DNA from: Bacteroidota bacterium
GTDB lineage: Bacteria > Bacteroidota > Ignavibacteria > Tepidaquicellales > Tepidaquicellaceae
Reading direction: 5' to 3'
Assembly: GCA_018266835.1 (NCBI GenBank)
Contig: JAFDZP010000002.1
Coordinates: 779,302-843,301, forward strand
Length of the DNA: 64,000 bases
Under the pieces are notes generated by a model that was not told the origin of the DNA, searched no databases, and saw only the letters and a list, made by a program, of their open reading frames with translations. The translations under genes and the position numbers were made by a program. Shown in pieces: positions 37,483 to 46,465 of the stretch (the first letter of the stretch is position 1; every line of letters starts with the position of its first letter).

Positions 37483-39807
37483 TTGGAGCAAAATACTTCA
37501 CATACAGTTTCAAATAAAAGTTTAAATAATTTTAAAACTTACTTCAATAAGTTTATTTCAAGCAGCATGCTTTTAATAGTATCGCTGCTAGTAATAAAAA
37601 TTTTATTTCAGGTAATAATTTTATCTTCGGGATACAGGTGGCTATCTGCAGATGATTACTGCAGAACAATAAAAGCTTATGAGTGGCTGCAGCATCCCGA
37701 AATAAGCGCAGGCGTATGGCTCTCACCGCATTTCTGGCTTGTAGGATTTTTTATGATGTTCATAAAAAATTTATTCTGGGCATCGCTTGTTGTAAATTTT
37801 ATCTTTTCATTTTTCACACTTATTTATTTTTTCAAAGCTGTTGAACTTTCATTTAATAAGTTCATAGCTTACTTCTCTACGCTTATTTTTTGTTTTTTTC
37901 CGTTTCAAGTCTGGCTTAGTCTTTCCGGTTTGCCGGAATCTATTTTCTTTTTCTTTGTTACGGCAGGTATTTATTATTTTCTCAAATGGAAGAAGTCAAA
38001 CGGAGTCAGCTCTTACTTAGTCCTTTCTGCAATAAATTTTGCATTATGCAATTGCTTCAGATATGAAGGCTGGCTGTTTTCATTTACATTTGTATTATTA
38101 GTAGCACTGGAGCTTTTCAAAGATAAAAAGATTTCAAAAGAGTTTATTAAGAATATTCTGATTGCAGGTATATCCGGAATTACAATTGTCTGGTGGTTAA
38201 TCCAAAACTATGTTGACCACAAAGATGTCATGTTCTTCGCAAAAGAGACTACGAAAATTTTTGAACAGTATGACCACTCAAGTTTCTTCCAGAGATTAGT
38301 ACAATATCCGACATTTATATTATATATAGCTCCGTTCACAACGATATTTGCTTTCAAGAAAATCTACGATACTTTCAGAGGTAAAAATCAGGTTCTCACA
38401 AAATATTTCGCTCTATTCAATCTTATTCAGCTTCTGATATTAATAGTACACGGCATGTCCGGAACCGGCGGTACGAACATGATTTCCAGATACATTGTAA
38501 TGAATGCATTACTCTTTGTTCCGTTTGCTATTCAGCAATGCTATGAGCTGAAAAAATATTTTTCTATTCCTATTCTTGCAGGATTTGTAATTATTAATAT
38601 CATCTGGAGTTTTTATTATCCGCAACCGTTCAGGGAAGATACCTTTGAAGTCGGCAATTTATTAAAAGGGCAGTTTGAAAAAAATTATGTAAAGCCTGAA
38701 GGCAAAGTTTATTTCGAAGAAGTTGACGGATACTTTGATATCTGGGCAATTAAAACATTGTCAAATTCTCCTGATAAATTCGAACTGGGAAATTTGGATA
38801 CATTGATTGCACAGAATAAGAAAAAAATTGCCGAGTTAAATACAGTTGCAAAAGCCAAGACTAAATTAAAAAAACCTGATAACGATATAAACATTCTTGA
38901 TGTAAAAACTTACCTGGAAGACAGTAAAATTCAAATTGCCATAGTGCGCAGTGATAACTTCAATGAAAAACTAAAAAAGCTGAGTCTTAAAAATGAAGAG
39001 ATTGGCGATTATAAAATTTATTATATTACTGACAGGTCAAGCTACCTTAATGATTCTACCTTTTCTATTTTCAAAAAGAAAATTATCTCTTTAAAAGAAA
39101 ATCCTGACCAGATAAACTTTAATAAAACTCTTGCAGTAAAAAAATTCGAAATTGATAACTCAAACTTCGGATTAAATCCTCAGACAATTACACTTGAGTG
39201 GGCTGCAACCGATAGAAATATAATTGATAGTCTGGATTACGCAAATTTTGATTTCGACAGATATAAATCTATTGTAAATATAAAACCGACTGATAAAGAT
39301 TCAGTAGTATTCACGATTGAAAACCGGATCTTCTCCGATAGAAACATTGAAGATTTAATCGACAACAACACTGTAAGAAATATCGTTGTCTTAAAACCAT
39401 TTGCAATGCTGCAATACTCAAGCCAGTTTGGCAAACCGCCGTTTGAAAGTGGTGTCTATAGTCTTGAATTGAAGCTAAGAGATACAAAAGCAAATAAAGA
39501 TATGATTTTGTACAGAGGTGATTCGCTATATAAATATAAAGTAAAAACAGCAGCTGATACATCGAAAACAAAAAATTCCGACTCGCTTAAGATCATAAGA
39601 AAAATTACAACGCTTAAGGATAGTATTCCCACAGGATATGATATCGGAACGGTAATTGCAATGTTCCCCAATACTGATTATAACAAGCTTGTTAAAAAAT
39701 CTTCTTCAGATATTTATCAGGTACTTATGAAAAACGGCTTGCAGGTTTTCTTCTCGCAGAGATATCAGGGAGACCACTTCTTAAACTGGGTATTCAATTA
39801 TTTCTAA
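37483..39807 (+). CDS. Large polytopic membrane protein, possibly a GT-C-fold glycosyltransferase (ArnT/PMT-like), with a ~400-aa extracytoplasmic C-terminal domain
   Basis: More than 10 TM; an acidic DD motif in the first external loop (WLSADDYCRT), as in GT-C enzymes. The assignment is tentative. Confidence 0.4.
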   Translation: MEQNTSHTVSNKSLNNFKTYFNKFISSSMLLIVSLLVIKILFQVIILSSGYRWLSADDYCRTIKAYEWLQHPEISAGVWLSPHFWLVGFFMMFIKNLFWASLVVNFIFSFFTLIYFFKAVELSFNKFIAYFSTLIFCFFPFQVWLSLSGLPESIFFFFVTAGIYYFLKWKKSNGVSSYLVLSAINFALCNCFRYEGWLFSFTFVLLVALELFKDKKISKEFIKNILIAGISGITIVWWLIQNYVDHKDVMFFAKETTKIFEQYDHSSFFQRLVQYPTFILYIAPFTTIFAFKKIYDTFRGKNQVLTKYFALFNLIQLLILIVHGMSGTGGTNMISRYIVMNALLFVPFAIQQCYELKKYFSIPILAGFVIINIIWSFYYPQPFREDTFEVGNLLKGQFEKNYVKPEGKVYFEEVDGYFDIWAIKTLSNSPDKFELGNLDTLIAQNKKKIAELNTVAKAKTKLKKPDNDINILDVKTYLEDSKIQIAIVRSDNFNEKLKKLSLKNEEIGDYKIYYITDRSSYLNDSTFSIFKKKIISLKENPDQINFNKTLAVKKFEIDNSNFGLNPQTITLEWAATDRNIIDSLDYANFDFDRYKSIVNIKPTDKDSVVFTIENRIFSDRNIEDLIDNNTVRNIVVLKPFAMLQYSSQFGKPPFESGVYSLELKLRDTKANKDMILYRGDSLYKYKVKTAADTSKTKNSDSLKIIRKITTLKDSIPTGYDIGTVIAMFPNTDYNKLVKKSSSDIYQVLMKNGLQVFFSQRYQGDHFLNWVFNYF

Positions 39808-39813
39808 ATTATT

Positions 39814-41511
39814 TTATTTTAATAAAACCATTTTTTTAGATGCTTCAAATCCCTGAGCCGAGGTCATCTTAATAAAATAAATTCCGCTCGGTAAATTTGA
39901 CGCATCAAATTTTACTTCATACACTCCCTGAGGTTTTTCTTCGTTAACTAGAGTTCTAATCAATTCGCCTCTTGTATCATACACCTGAATTTTTACTTTC
40001 CATAACATTTTCACTTCGTATTTTATAGTTGTAACGGGATTGAAAGGATTTGGATAGTTTTGATGTAATAAATAATTAAGCGGAACTTCGGCAGGGGGTT
40101 CGTATACCGGCTCTGTCTCTGTTTCGATTGCATAATAAATTTGCCTTACTGTTGAACTCAGCTCTTTTAGTTTTGTAACTGAGTTAACATTGCTGCTTCC
40201 TCTTGCAATTAGCTGGCTGATTACAATTTTTTGAGTGTCTCCGGGTTGCACCAATAAATTTTCTGCTCCTGAAGACATTAACATTCTCTTATCACCGGGA
40301 GGTGAAACTTCAACATTTCCTGTGAGTGAACCCCCGCAGTTTAATATATGTCCTTTATTTTCTGTCCAACCCGTTGAATCTTCCGGATTTCCTGTGAAAG
40401 TAAACTTTGTAACTTGATAAGGAGTATTCAACGGATTCAGCCATGGTGTACCGTCTGCTTTAAAACCTCTAAAATAATTATATGCTTGATGCGGATCACT
40501 CGATGGGTCTTGATCGCAAGGATAATAACTTTTACTTATTCGTGTTCCTGTTGTCATTTTAAGTGAATCAAAAGGTGTAGTGTGCTTATTAATTGCCCCT
40601 CTTAATAGTGTTTGCCCAACAGCGGGCGGATTAATGCCATATTGTCCTGGAACGCCATATATATTACCATACCCATCTATACTATCCGCATTATAACAAT
40701 ATATCATCTGTAAGGCTGTATCACATCCCACGTAATCATCTTTCGCATATCCTAAATCCGGATCTGAATAAAAACCAAAGTAAGCACCGTTCCATGCGGA
40801 ATCATTTTTATTAATTACTGTGTATCTTAAAAAATGAAAGTCCTGTAGGGGAGCTTCAGAATATCCCCAAGCAGTTAGATGAACTTCTGCATTTAAAGGT
40901 TTTGTACCTCCGCTGAATCCTTCAGATGTTGTATGATTTGAAGCGTCAGCATCGGTGAGGCATACAAAAATTGTCTGGTCGGCATCAGGAACGCCGGGCT
41001 TGTCAATTCCTATATCATAAATTCTGTTATTGTTCATATCGTTATAAGGTGCACCGTAAGGGATCATATCTCTCCATAATATAACATCCGGATTATTAGT
41101 CTGCGTATCTCCAATCCTTACAGAATAAATCTTAAATCTGGAGTCTGTTTTAAAAACTGGTAGACCGTTTGAATCTCCAACATATCCCGGTGCGTACTCT
41201 CCACTGTAAGACGCGTTGCCCATTCGTAGTCGGCCATTTACATTTGCTTCTATTGATAAACCTGAAGTAAAAAGAGCAAATATTCCTGAACCCTTGGGCC
41301 ATTCAAATCCGGGAGTATTTGTGGTCCTTAAATCCTGATTGAATACTCCCGTATTCCATATCCAGGTCGAAATATTATTAGGTGCGAAACGGACCTGTTG
41401 TTTAATAACAGCAGCGATTGATAAATTCTGAACCAGAAAAATCATAAATAAAAACTGCATTGTTATTTTTGAAACACTTTTAAATACTTTATTGTATGAA
41501 TTTCTTTTCAT
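39814..41511 (-). CDS. T9SS-sorted secreted protein, paralog 1 of a tandem family with an uncharacterised ~430-aa core
   Basis: Signal peptide; conserved blocks shared with the next two genes (NNISTWIWNTGVFNQDLR, DADQTIF(V/I)CLTDADASNHTTSEGFSGGT, DPSS.P.QAYNY.RG.K.DGTPWL, NPGDTQK); T9SS CTD NYPNPFNP...SGIYFIKM...KKMVLLK. Confidence 0.7.
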   Translation of the reverse strand: MKRNSYNKVFKSVSKITMQFLFMIFLVQNLSIAAVIKQQVRFAPNNISTWIWNTGVFNQDLRTTNTPGFEWPKGSGIFALFTSGLSIEANVNGRLRMGNASYSGEYAPGYVGDSNGLPVFKTDSRFKIYSVRIGDTQTNNPDVILWRDMIPYGAPYNDMNNNRIYDIGIDKPGVPDADQTIFVCLTDADASNHTTSEGFSGGTKPLNAEVHLTAWGYSEAPLQDFHFLRYTVINKNDSAWNGAYFGFYSDPDLGYAKDDYVGCDTALQMIYCYNADSIDGYGNIYGVPGQYGINPPAVGQTLLRGAINKHTTPFDSLKMTTGTRISKSYYPCDQDPSSDPHQAYNYFRGFKADGTPWLNPLNTPYQVTKFTFTGNPEDSTGWTENKGHILNCGGSLTGNVEVSPPGDKRMLMSSGAENLLVQPGDTQKIVISQLIARGSSNVNSVTKLKELSSTVRQIYYAIETETEPVYEPPAEVPLNYLLHQNYPNPFNPVTTIKYEVKMLWKVKIQVYDTRGELIRTLVNEEKPQGVYEVKFDASNLPSGIYFIKMTSAQGFEASKKMVLLK

Positions 41512-41517
41512 ATGATT

Positions 41518-43278
41518 TTATTTAATAATTACCATTTTTTTAGAAGATTCAAATCCTTGCGCTGAAGTCATTTTTATAAAATATATTCCGCTTGGTAAAT
41601 TTGATGCATCAAATTTTACTTCATACACTCCCTGAGGTTTTTCTTCGTTTACTAAAGTTCTAAGCAATTCGCCTCTTGTATCATACAACTGAATTTTTAC
41701 TTTCCAAAGCATTTTCACTTCGTATTTTATAGTTGTAACCGGATTAAATGGATTGGGATAGTTCTGGTACAATTTAAAATGTGTCGGTAGTTCAGGAGCA
41801 GGCTCAACGTAGTAGGATTCAAATCCCTCAATTGCCTGATAATAAATTTTTTTAGTAAGGTTAGTAAGCTCTTTTAATTTTGTAACAGAGTTTAAATTAC
41901 TGCTGCCTCTTGCTATTAACTGAGCCATGGCAATTTTTTGTGTATCGCCGGGATTTACATTTAAAAAGTCTGAACCCGTAGAAATCATAAATCTTCTTTC
42001 GCCCGGGTATGAAAGCTGAAATAATCCTGTAGTTGCTCCTCCACAATTGTATACTCTTCCTTTTCTCTCGGTCCAGCCCGTAGAATCCTCTGGATTTCCG
42101 GGATAACAGAATTTAGTAATTTTATAAGGAGTATAGGTTGGGTCCAACCAGGGAGTACCGTCTTTTTTATATCCTCTCATATAATTATAAGCTTGGGATG
42201 GAGCACTGGAAGGGTCAGTTTCACATAATGGACCTCCGGATTCAGTATTTACAAAAAAAGTCATTGAAGTTGCATTTAAAGTATCAAGAGGATAAGTATT
42301 ATTATTTATCGCACTTCTTAAAAGAGTTTGTCCAACTGCCGGAGGATGTAGTCCGTATTGTCCCGGCGCACCTGTACCATCAGTATCATTTCCATTATAA
42401 CAATATCCCAGCTGAAGTAATGAGTCGCATCCAATATACTCATCCTTTGGATATCCTAAGTCCGGGTCAGTAACGATACTGAAATATGTTTTATTCCAAG
42501 AGGCATTATTTTTATTTACAATATCCCATTTGAAAAATTGTACATTACTGACCGGTTCATCATAATAACCCCAGGCAGTGAGATGAACTTCAGCATTTAA
42601 AGGTCTTGTCCCCCCGCTGAATCCTTCAGATGTAGTATGGTTAGAAGCATCAGCATCAGTGAGGCAAATAAATATCGTTTGATCAGCATCAGGTACGCCG
42701 GGTTTATCTATTCCGATATCATAGATTTTATTATTGTTCAGATCGTTAAAGGGAGCGCCGTAATGTACCATGTCTTTCCACGCGGCAACATCAGGATTTG
42801 AATTTTGAGTATCGTAATATTTTACAGAATATAATCTGAAACGACTATCCGTTTTAAATACAGGAATACCGTTAGAATCTCCCACGTATCCGGGAGCATA
42901 CTCACCGTTATAAGATGCATTAGCCAATCGTAATTCTCCGTTTACATAAGATCCAATGCATAAACCGGATGTAAAAACAGCAAATATTCCTGAACCCTTG
43001 GGCCATTCAAATCCCGGATTATTTGTGTATCTCAAATCCTGGTTGAACACACCCGTATTCCATACGCAAGTTGAAATATTATTGGGATTAAAAATAACCT
43101 GCCTTTTTATTACAGCAGAATAAGAGATGCAATTTAACAGCAAGAATGAAAACAATACTGAGAGAATTTTTTTTATCAATTTTTTAAAAATGTTTAAATA
43201 CAGATCCTTTGCCATAAGTTTTAAATTAAAATTTAAATCTCCTGACAGATTAAATTCCTCCTGGGAAAAGGTATTCAT
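41518..43278 (-). CDS. T9SS-sorted secreted protein, paralog 2. Its last ~80 codons are ~90% nt-identical to paralog 1.
   Basis: Same conserved blocks. The CTD peptide is nearly identical to paralog 1. An alternative start is at the internal MAKD. Confidence 0.7.
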   Translation of the reverse strand: MNTFSQEEFNLSGDLNFNLKLMAKDLYLNIFKKLIKKILSVLFSFLLLNCISYSAVIKRQVIFNPNNISTCVWNTGVFNQDLRYTNNPGFEWPKGSGIFAVFTSGLCIGSYVNGELRLANASYNGEYAPGYVGDSNGIPVFKTDSRFRLYSVKYYDTQNSNPDVAAWKDMVHYGAPFNDLNNNKIYDIGIDKPGVPDADQTIFICLTDADASNHTTSEGFSGGTRPLNAEVHLTAWGYYDEPVSNVQFFKWDIVNKNNASWNKTYFSIVTDPDLGYPKDEYIGCDSLLQLGYCYNGNDTDGTGAPGQYGLHPPAVGQTLLRSAINNNTYPLDTLNATSMTFFVNTESGGPLCETDPSSAPSQAYNYMRGYKKDGTPWLDPTYTPYKITKFCYPGNPEDSTGWTERKGRVYNCGGATTGLFQLSYPGERRFMISTGSDFLNVNPGDTQKIAMAQLIARGSSNLNSVTKLKELTNLTKKIYYQAIEGFESYYVEPAPELPTHFKLYQNYPNPFNPVTTIKYEVKMLWKVKIQLYDTRGELLRTLVNEEKPQGVYEVKFDASNLPSGIYFIKMTSAQGFESSKKMVIIK

Positions 43279-43497
43279 CTGTCAGAGAGAATTCGAGATA
43301 AATGATTCAAATCTGCTTTGGCTACTTTAGCCCATGCAGGGGGACTGCTCTTTCTTCTGCGATTGAATCATCCTCATTGTAACTAAAATTTTAACGGAGA
43401 AGAATATCTCTATACTATTGCAATAGGAGCAGCAATTTTAGCAATGCCGGCGAAGGCACGCCTATATAAAATTAAGATATTCTTTCTCCGGTACTCA

Positions 43498-46044
43498 TTA
43501 TTTAACCAAAATCATTTTTTTTGTTTGTGTGTAATTTGGTGTTTCTAATCTGTAAAAATAAATTCCACTGGGATAATCAGATGCATTCCATAGATATTGA
43601 TAATCCCCTCTTGAAAGATTTTCGTTTACAAGCGTGCCGATTTCTTTGCCTGCAACATCATAAATTTTCAAAGATGCAAAGGTGTTTTCAGGAATCTGAA
43701 ATTTAATTGTTGTTACTGGATTAAAAGGGTTCGGATAATTCTGATAAAGATTGAACGAATTAACAATTACGTTTGCATTATTGCTTACTCCTATAGAAAT
43801 TTCTCCGCTTTTAAATTTAGTGTTCACATAGTCGCTCATTTGTTTTAATTTCGTAACTGAATTTTTATTGTTGGAACCCCTCGCAATCATCTGCGCCATT
43901 ACAACAGTCTGCGTATCACCGGGATTGAAAGTGAAGTTATCTCTGCCCATAGACATAATGTATCTTCTATCTCCCGGTGAACTCGGTTCCACATTTCCTG
44001 TCGTTATGCCGCCGCAGTTTTTAATTCTGCCGAAATATTCAGTCCAGCCTGTGGCCGTTTCAGGGTCACCTGTATAGCAATATTTTGTCTGATAAGGAGG
44101 TACTGATGCAGCATTTAACCAGGGAGTACCATCTTTCTTTATGCCGCGCATATAATTGTAAGATTGTGATGGAGCACTTGAAGGATCTTGTTCACAAAGA
44201 GGTTCCCCGGCATCGGTTCCGGCAAAGTAACAAAATGAAGTCATACCAAGAGTATCGTTGGGTCCGGCATTTCTTCTTATAGGAGTTTTCAATAATCTCA
44301 TTCCTAATGCAGGTGGATGTATTCCGTATTGCCCTATTGAACCTACTCCATCCTGATCTGTTGCATTATAGCAGTATCCAAGATTTCGTGTTGAGTCGCA
44401 GCCAATATAATCATCCTTCGGGTAACCTAAATCCGGGTCACAAACGATTGAAGAATAAAATCCTGTCCAGGGCAAATTGTTTTTATTAATAATCTCCCAT
44501 TTAAAGAAAAGAACATCGTTTAAACTTTGAGTCAGTGAGGAATCCTGATACCCCCAGGCTGTTAGATGAACATCGGCATTCATGGGAGCAGTACCGCCTG
44601 AAAAACCTTCCGATGTTGTATGTGTCTGCGGAAAACCGTCTGTAAGTGAAATGAAAACCGTCTGCGTAGCATTTTTTACTCCCGGAATGTCAATGCACGG
44701 GTCATACTGTCCGTTGCCATTTACGTCTCTATAAGGCGCGCCGAAAGGAATCATCACCTGCCAGTTAGCGTAATCTACACTATTATAACAATTGTCTCCG
44801 GGCTTTACCCTGAATATCTGAAAGTCAGTCCCCGTCTTAGCGATTCCATTCTCTATGTATCCTCCCGTATATTCTCCGTTATATGAAGCGTTAGCCATTC
44901 GAAACTCTCCGTTCACAAAGCCGGCTAAAGATAAACCTGTAGAGAATATTGCAAACTTCCCTGAACCCTTTGGCCATTCAAATCCGGGTGTGTTAGTTGT
45001 TCTTAAATCCTGATTAAAAACCCCTGTGTTCCATATCCAGGTAGATATGTTATTCGGATTCAGCTGCGCCTGTTGCTTTATAAATGTTCCTCCGTTTCCG
45101 TATAATATATTTTTAAGAGTAGTCCCTCCGTTACCAACAGCACAGCCGAGATTACCATTAACTATAATTCCTTTTAAATCCTGAGTTGTATTGGAAGTCA
45201 TTTGAATGAATGATGTTCCGCCATTTGTAGTTTTTAATATAAGCCCGCCTGCACCGCATACGTAAATTTCAGCGGCTGACTTATAGTTTATATAATTCAA
45301 ATCGTTTGTAAACCCGGTAAGTACTGTTTGCCAGCTAACACCTGAATTTGTAGTATGAAGCAGCTTTCCTTCGGATGCGGCAATCCAGATATTATTTGAA
45401 TCAAGCACAACTGCATACTTTAAATTCAAAGATGTACCTGTAGTAACTCTGCGGTATGAATAATTAAATGATGGTACATCTAAAATACTTTTGATAACAA
45501 CTCCGTTATCTCCAACTATCAATCCTCTTAAATTATCATATACAGTGATAAAATTAAGATTAGATGTTATGCCCGAAGAAGCTGCATTCCAGTTTGAGCC
45601 TGCATTTGAAGTTTGGAGCAGTGTTCCGTTATCTCCGACTGCAATTCCCCAGTTGGAGCCGTATGCAACCATTGCATTAATATTGTTAGTTGTCCCCGTT
45701 TGCTGTGCAGTAAAGTTAATACCGTTGTTCGTCGATTTGGCAATCAAACCATTTGTTCCGCATATTGTATATGTAGTTCCATTGTGCAGGAAAATCCGTT
45801 TGAGTGAGTTTGTATAGCCTGTATTTAATAACGACCAGGCTATTCCGGAATTTGTTGAGATAAGTATTGTTCCATTATCTCCTGTCACATAATACTTAGA
45901 AGAACCATTATCAGAAGCCAGGTAATTTAAGTTTGCGTTTGTACCGGAGCTGACTTGCTGCCAGTTATTCCATGTAAGGGGCTGTGCGTTCAATGAAACT
46001 GCGAAAAATATCGCAGAGAGGATAAATAACAATTTAGTTTTCAT
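43498..46044 (-). CDS. T9SS-sorted secreted protein, paralog 3, with an additional N-terminal BNR/Ycf48-like beta-propeller
   Basis: N-terminal TN.G..W/F repeats, then the shared core (NNISTWIWNTGVFNQDLR ... ) and a T9SS CTD. Confidence 0.7.
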   Translation of the reverse strand: MKTKLLFILSAIFFAVSLNAQPLTWNNWQQVSSGTNANLNYLASDNGSSKYYVTGDNGTILISTNSGIAWSLLNTGYTNSLKRIFLHNGTTYTICGTNGLIAKSTNNGINFTAQQTGTTNNINAMVAYGSNWGIAVGDNGTLLQTSNAGSNWNAASSGITSNLNFITVYDNLRGLIVGDNGVVIKSILDVPSFNYSYRRVTTGTSLNLKYAVVLDSNNIWIAASEGKLLHTTNSGVSWQTVLTGFTNDLNYINYKSAAEIYVCGAGGLILKTTNGGTSFIQMTSNTTQDLKGIIVNGNLGCAVGNGGTTLKNILYGNGGTFIKQQAQLNPNNISTWIWNTGVFNQDLRTTNTPGFEWPKGSGKFAIFSTGLSLAGFVNGEFRMANASYNGEYTGGYIENGIAKTGTDFQIFRVKPGDNCYNSVDYANWQVMIPFGAPYRDVNGNGQYDPCIDIPGVKNATQTVFISLTDGFPQTHTTSEGFSGGTAPMNADVHLTAWGYQDSSLTQSLNDVLFFKWEIINKNNLPWTGFYSSIVCDPDLGYPKDDYIGCDSTRNLGYCYNATDQDGVGSIGQYGIHPPALGMRLLKTPIRRNAGPNDTLGMTSFCYFAGTDAGEPLCEQDPSSAPSQSYNYMRGIKKDGTPWLNAASVPPYQTKYCYTGDPETATGWTEYFGRIKNCGGITTGNVEPSSPGDRRYIMSMGRDNFTFNPGDTQTVVMAQMIARGSNNKNSVTKLKQMSDYVNTKFKSGEISIGVSNNANVIVNSFNLYQNYPNPFNPVTTIKFQIPENTFASLKIYDVAGKEIGTLVNENLSRGDYQYLWNASDYPSGIYFYRLETPNYTQTKKMILVK

Positions 46045-46058
46045 TGCGATTAAATTTA

Positions 46059-46238
46059 TTTTATTAAAATCATTTTTTTTGTTTGTGAAAAATTTTCAGT
46101 TGTAAGTTTATAGAAGTATATTCCGCTCGGAAAGCTTGCTGCATTCCACTGATATTTGTATTCTCCTTTTTGAAGAATCTTGTTTTCAAGAACTGCAAGC
46201 TCTCTTCCGTTAACATCATATATCTTCAGATTTTTTAG
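46059..46238 (-). pseudogene. Truncated remnant of a fourth T9SS-CTD paralog (C-terminal 53 codons only)
   Basis: The reverse translation reads LKNLKIYDVNGRELAVLENKILQKGEYKYQWNAASFPSGIYFYKLTTENFSQTKKMILIK* and is preceded by an in-frame stop. It is homologous to the paralog-3 C-terminus. Confidence 0.7.
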
Positions 46239-46465
46239 TTAACACAAAATACTTACTTATTTGAATGTAAAACAAAGATTATTTTTCATTGAAATAGCGC
46301 AGATTTCCAAATTTAAATTTGCATCTTATAAACTTTTAATTATAAAATTGTCCCTTTTTTGAATATTTTGGACGTTTTCAGTAATTTTTATTACATTTTT
46401 CTCTAAGACATATTTTTATAATTTTAATGACTTCTTAACTACTGATAATACTAAATTTATTTTTA

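Noticed and set aside
44085-44489. Several 60-70 aa ORFs on the + strand
   Set aside because: Antisense within the paralog-3 T9SS gene. The same holds for the other short antisense ORFs listed inside long genes (e.g. 8879-9172, 15164-15577, 22284-22631, 31142-31450, 48767-49060).
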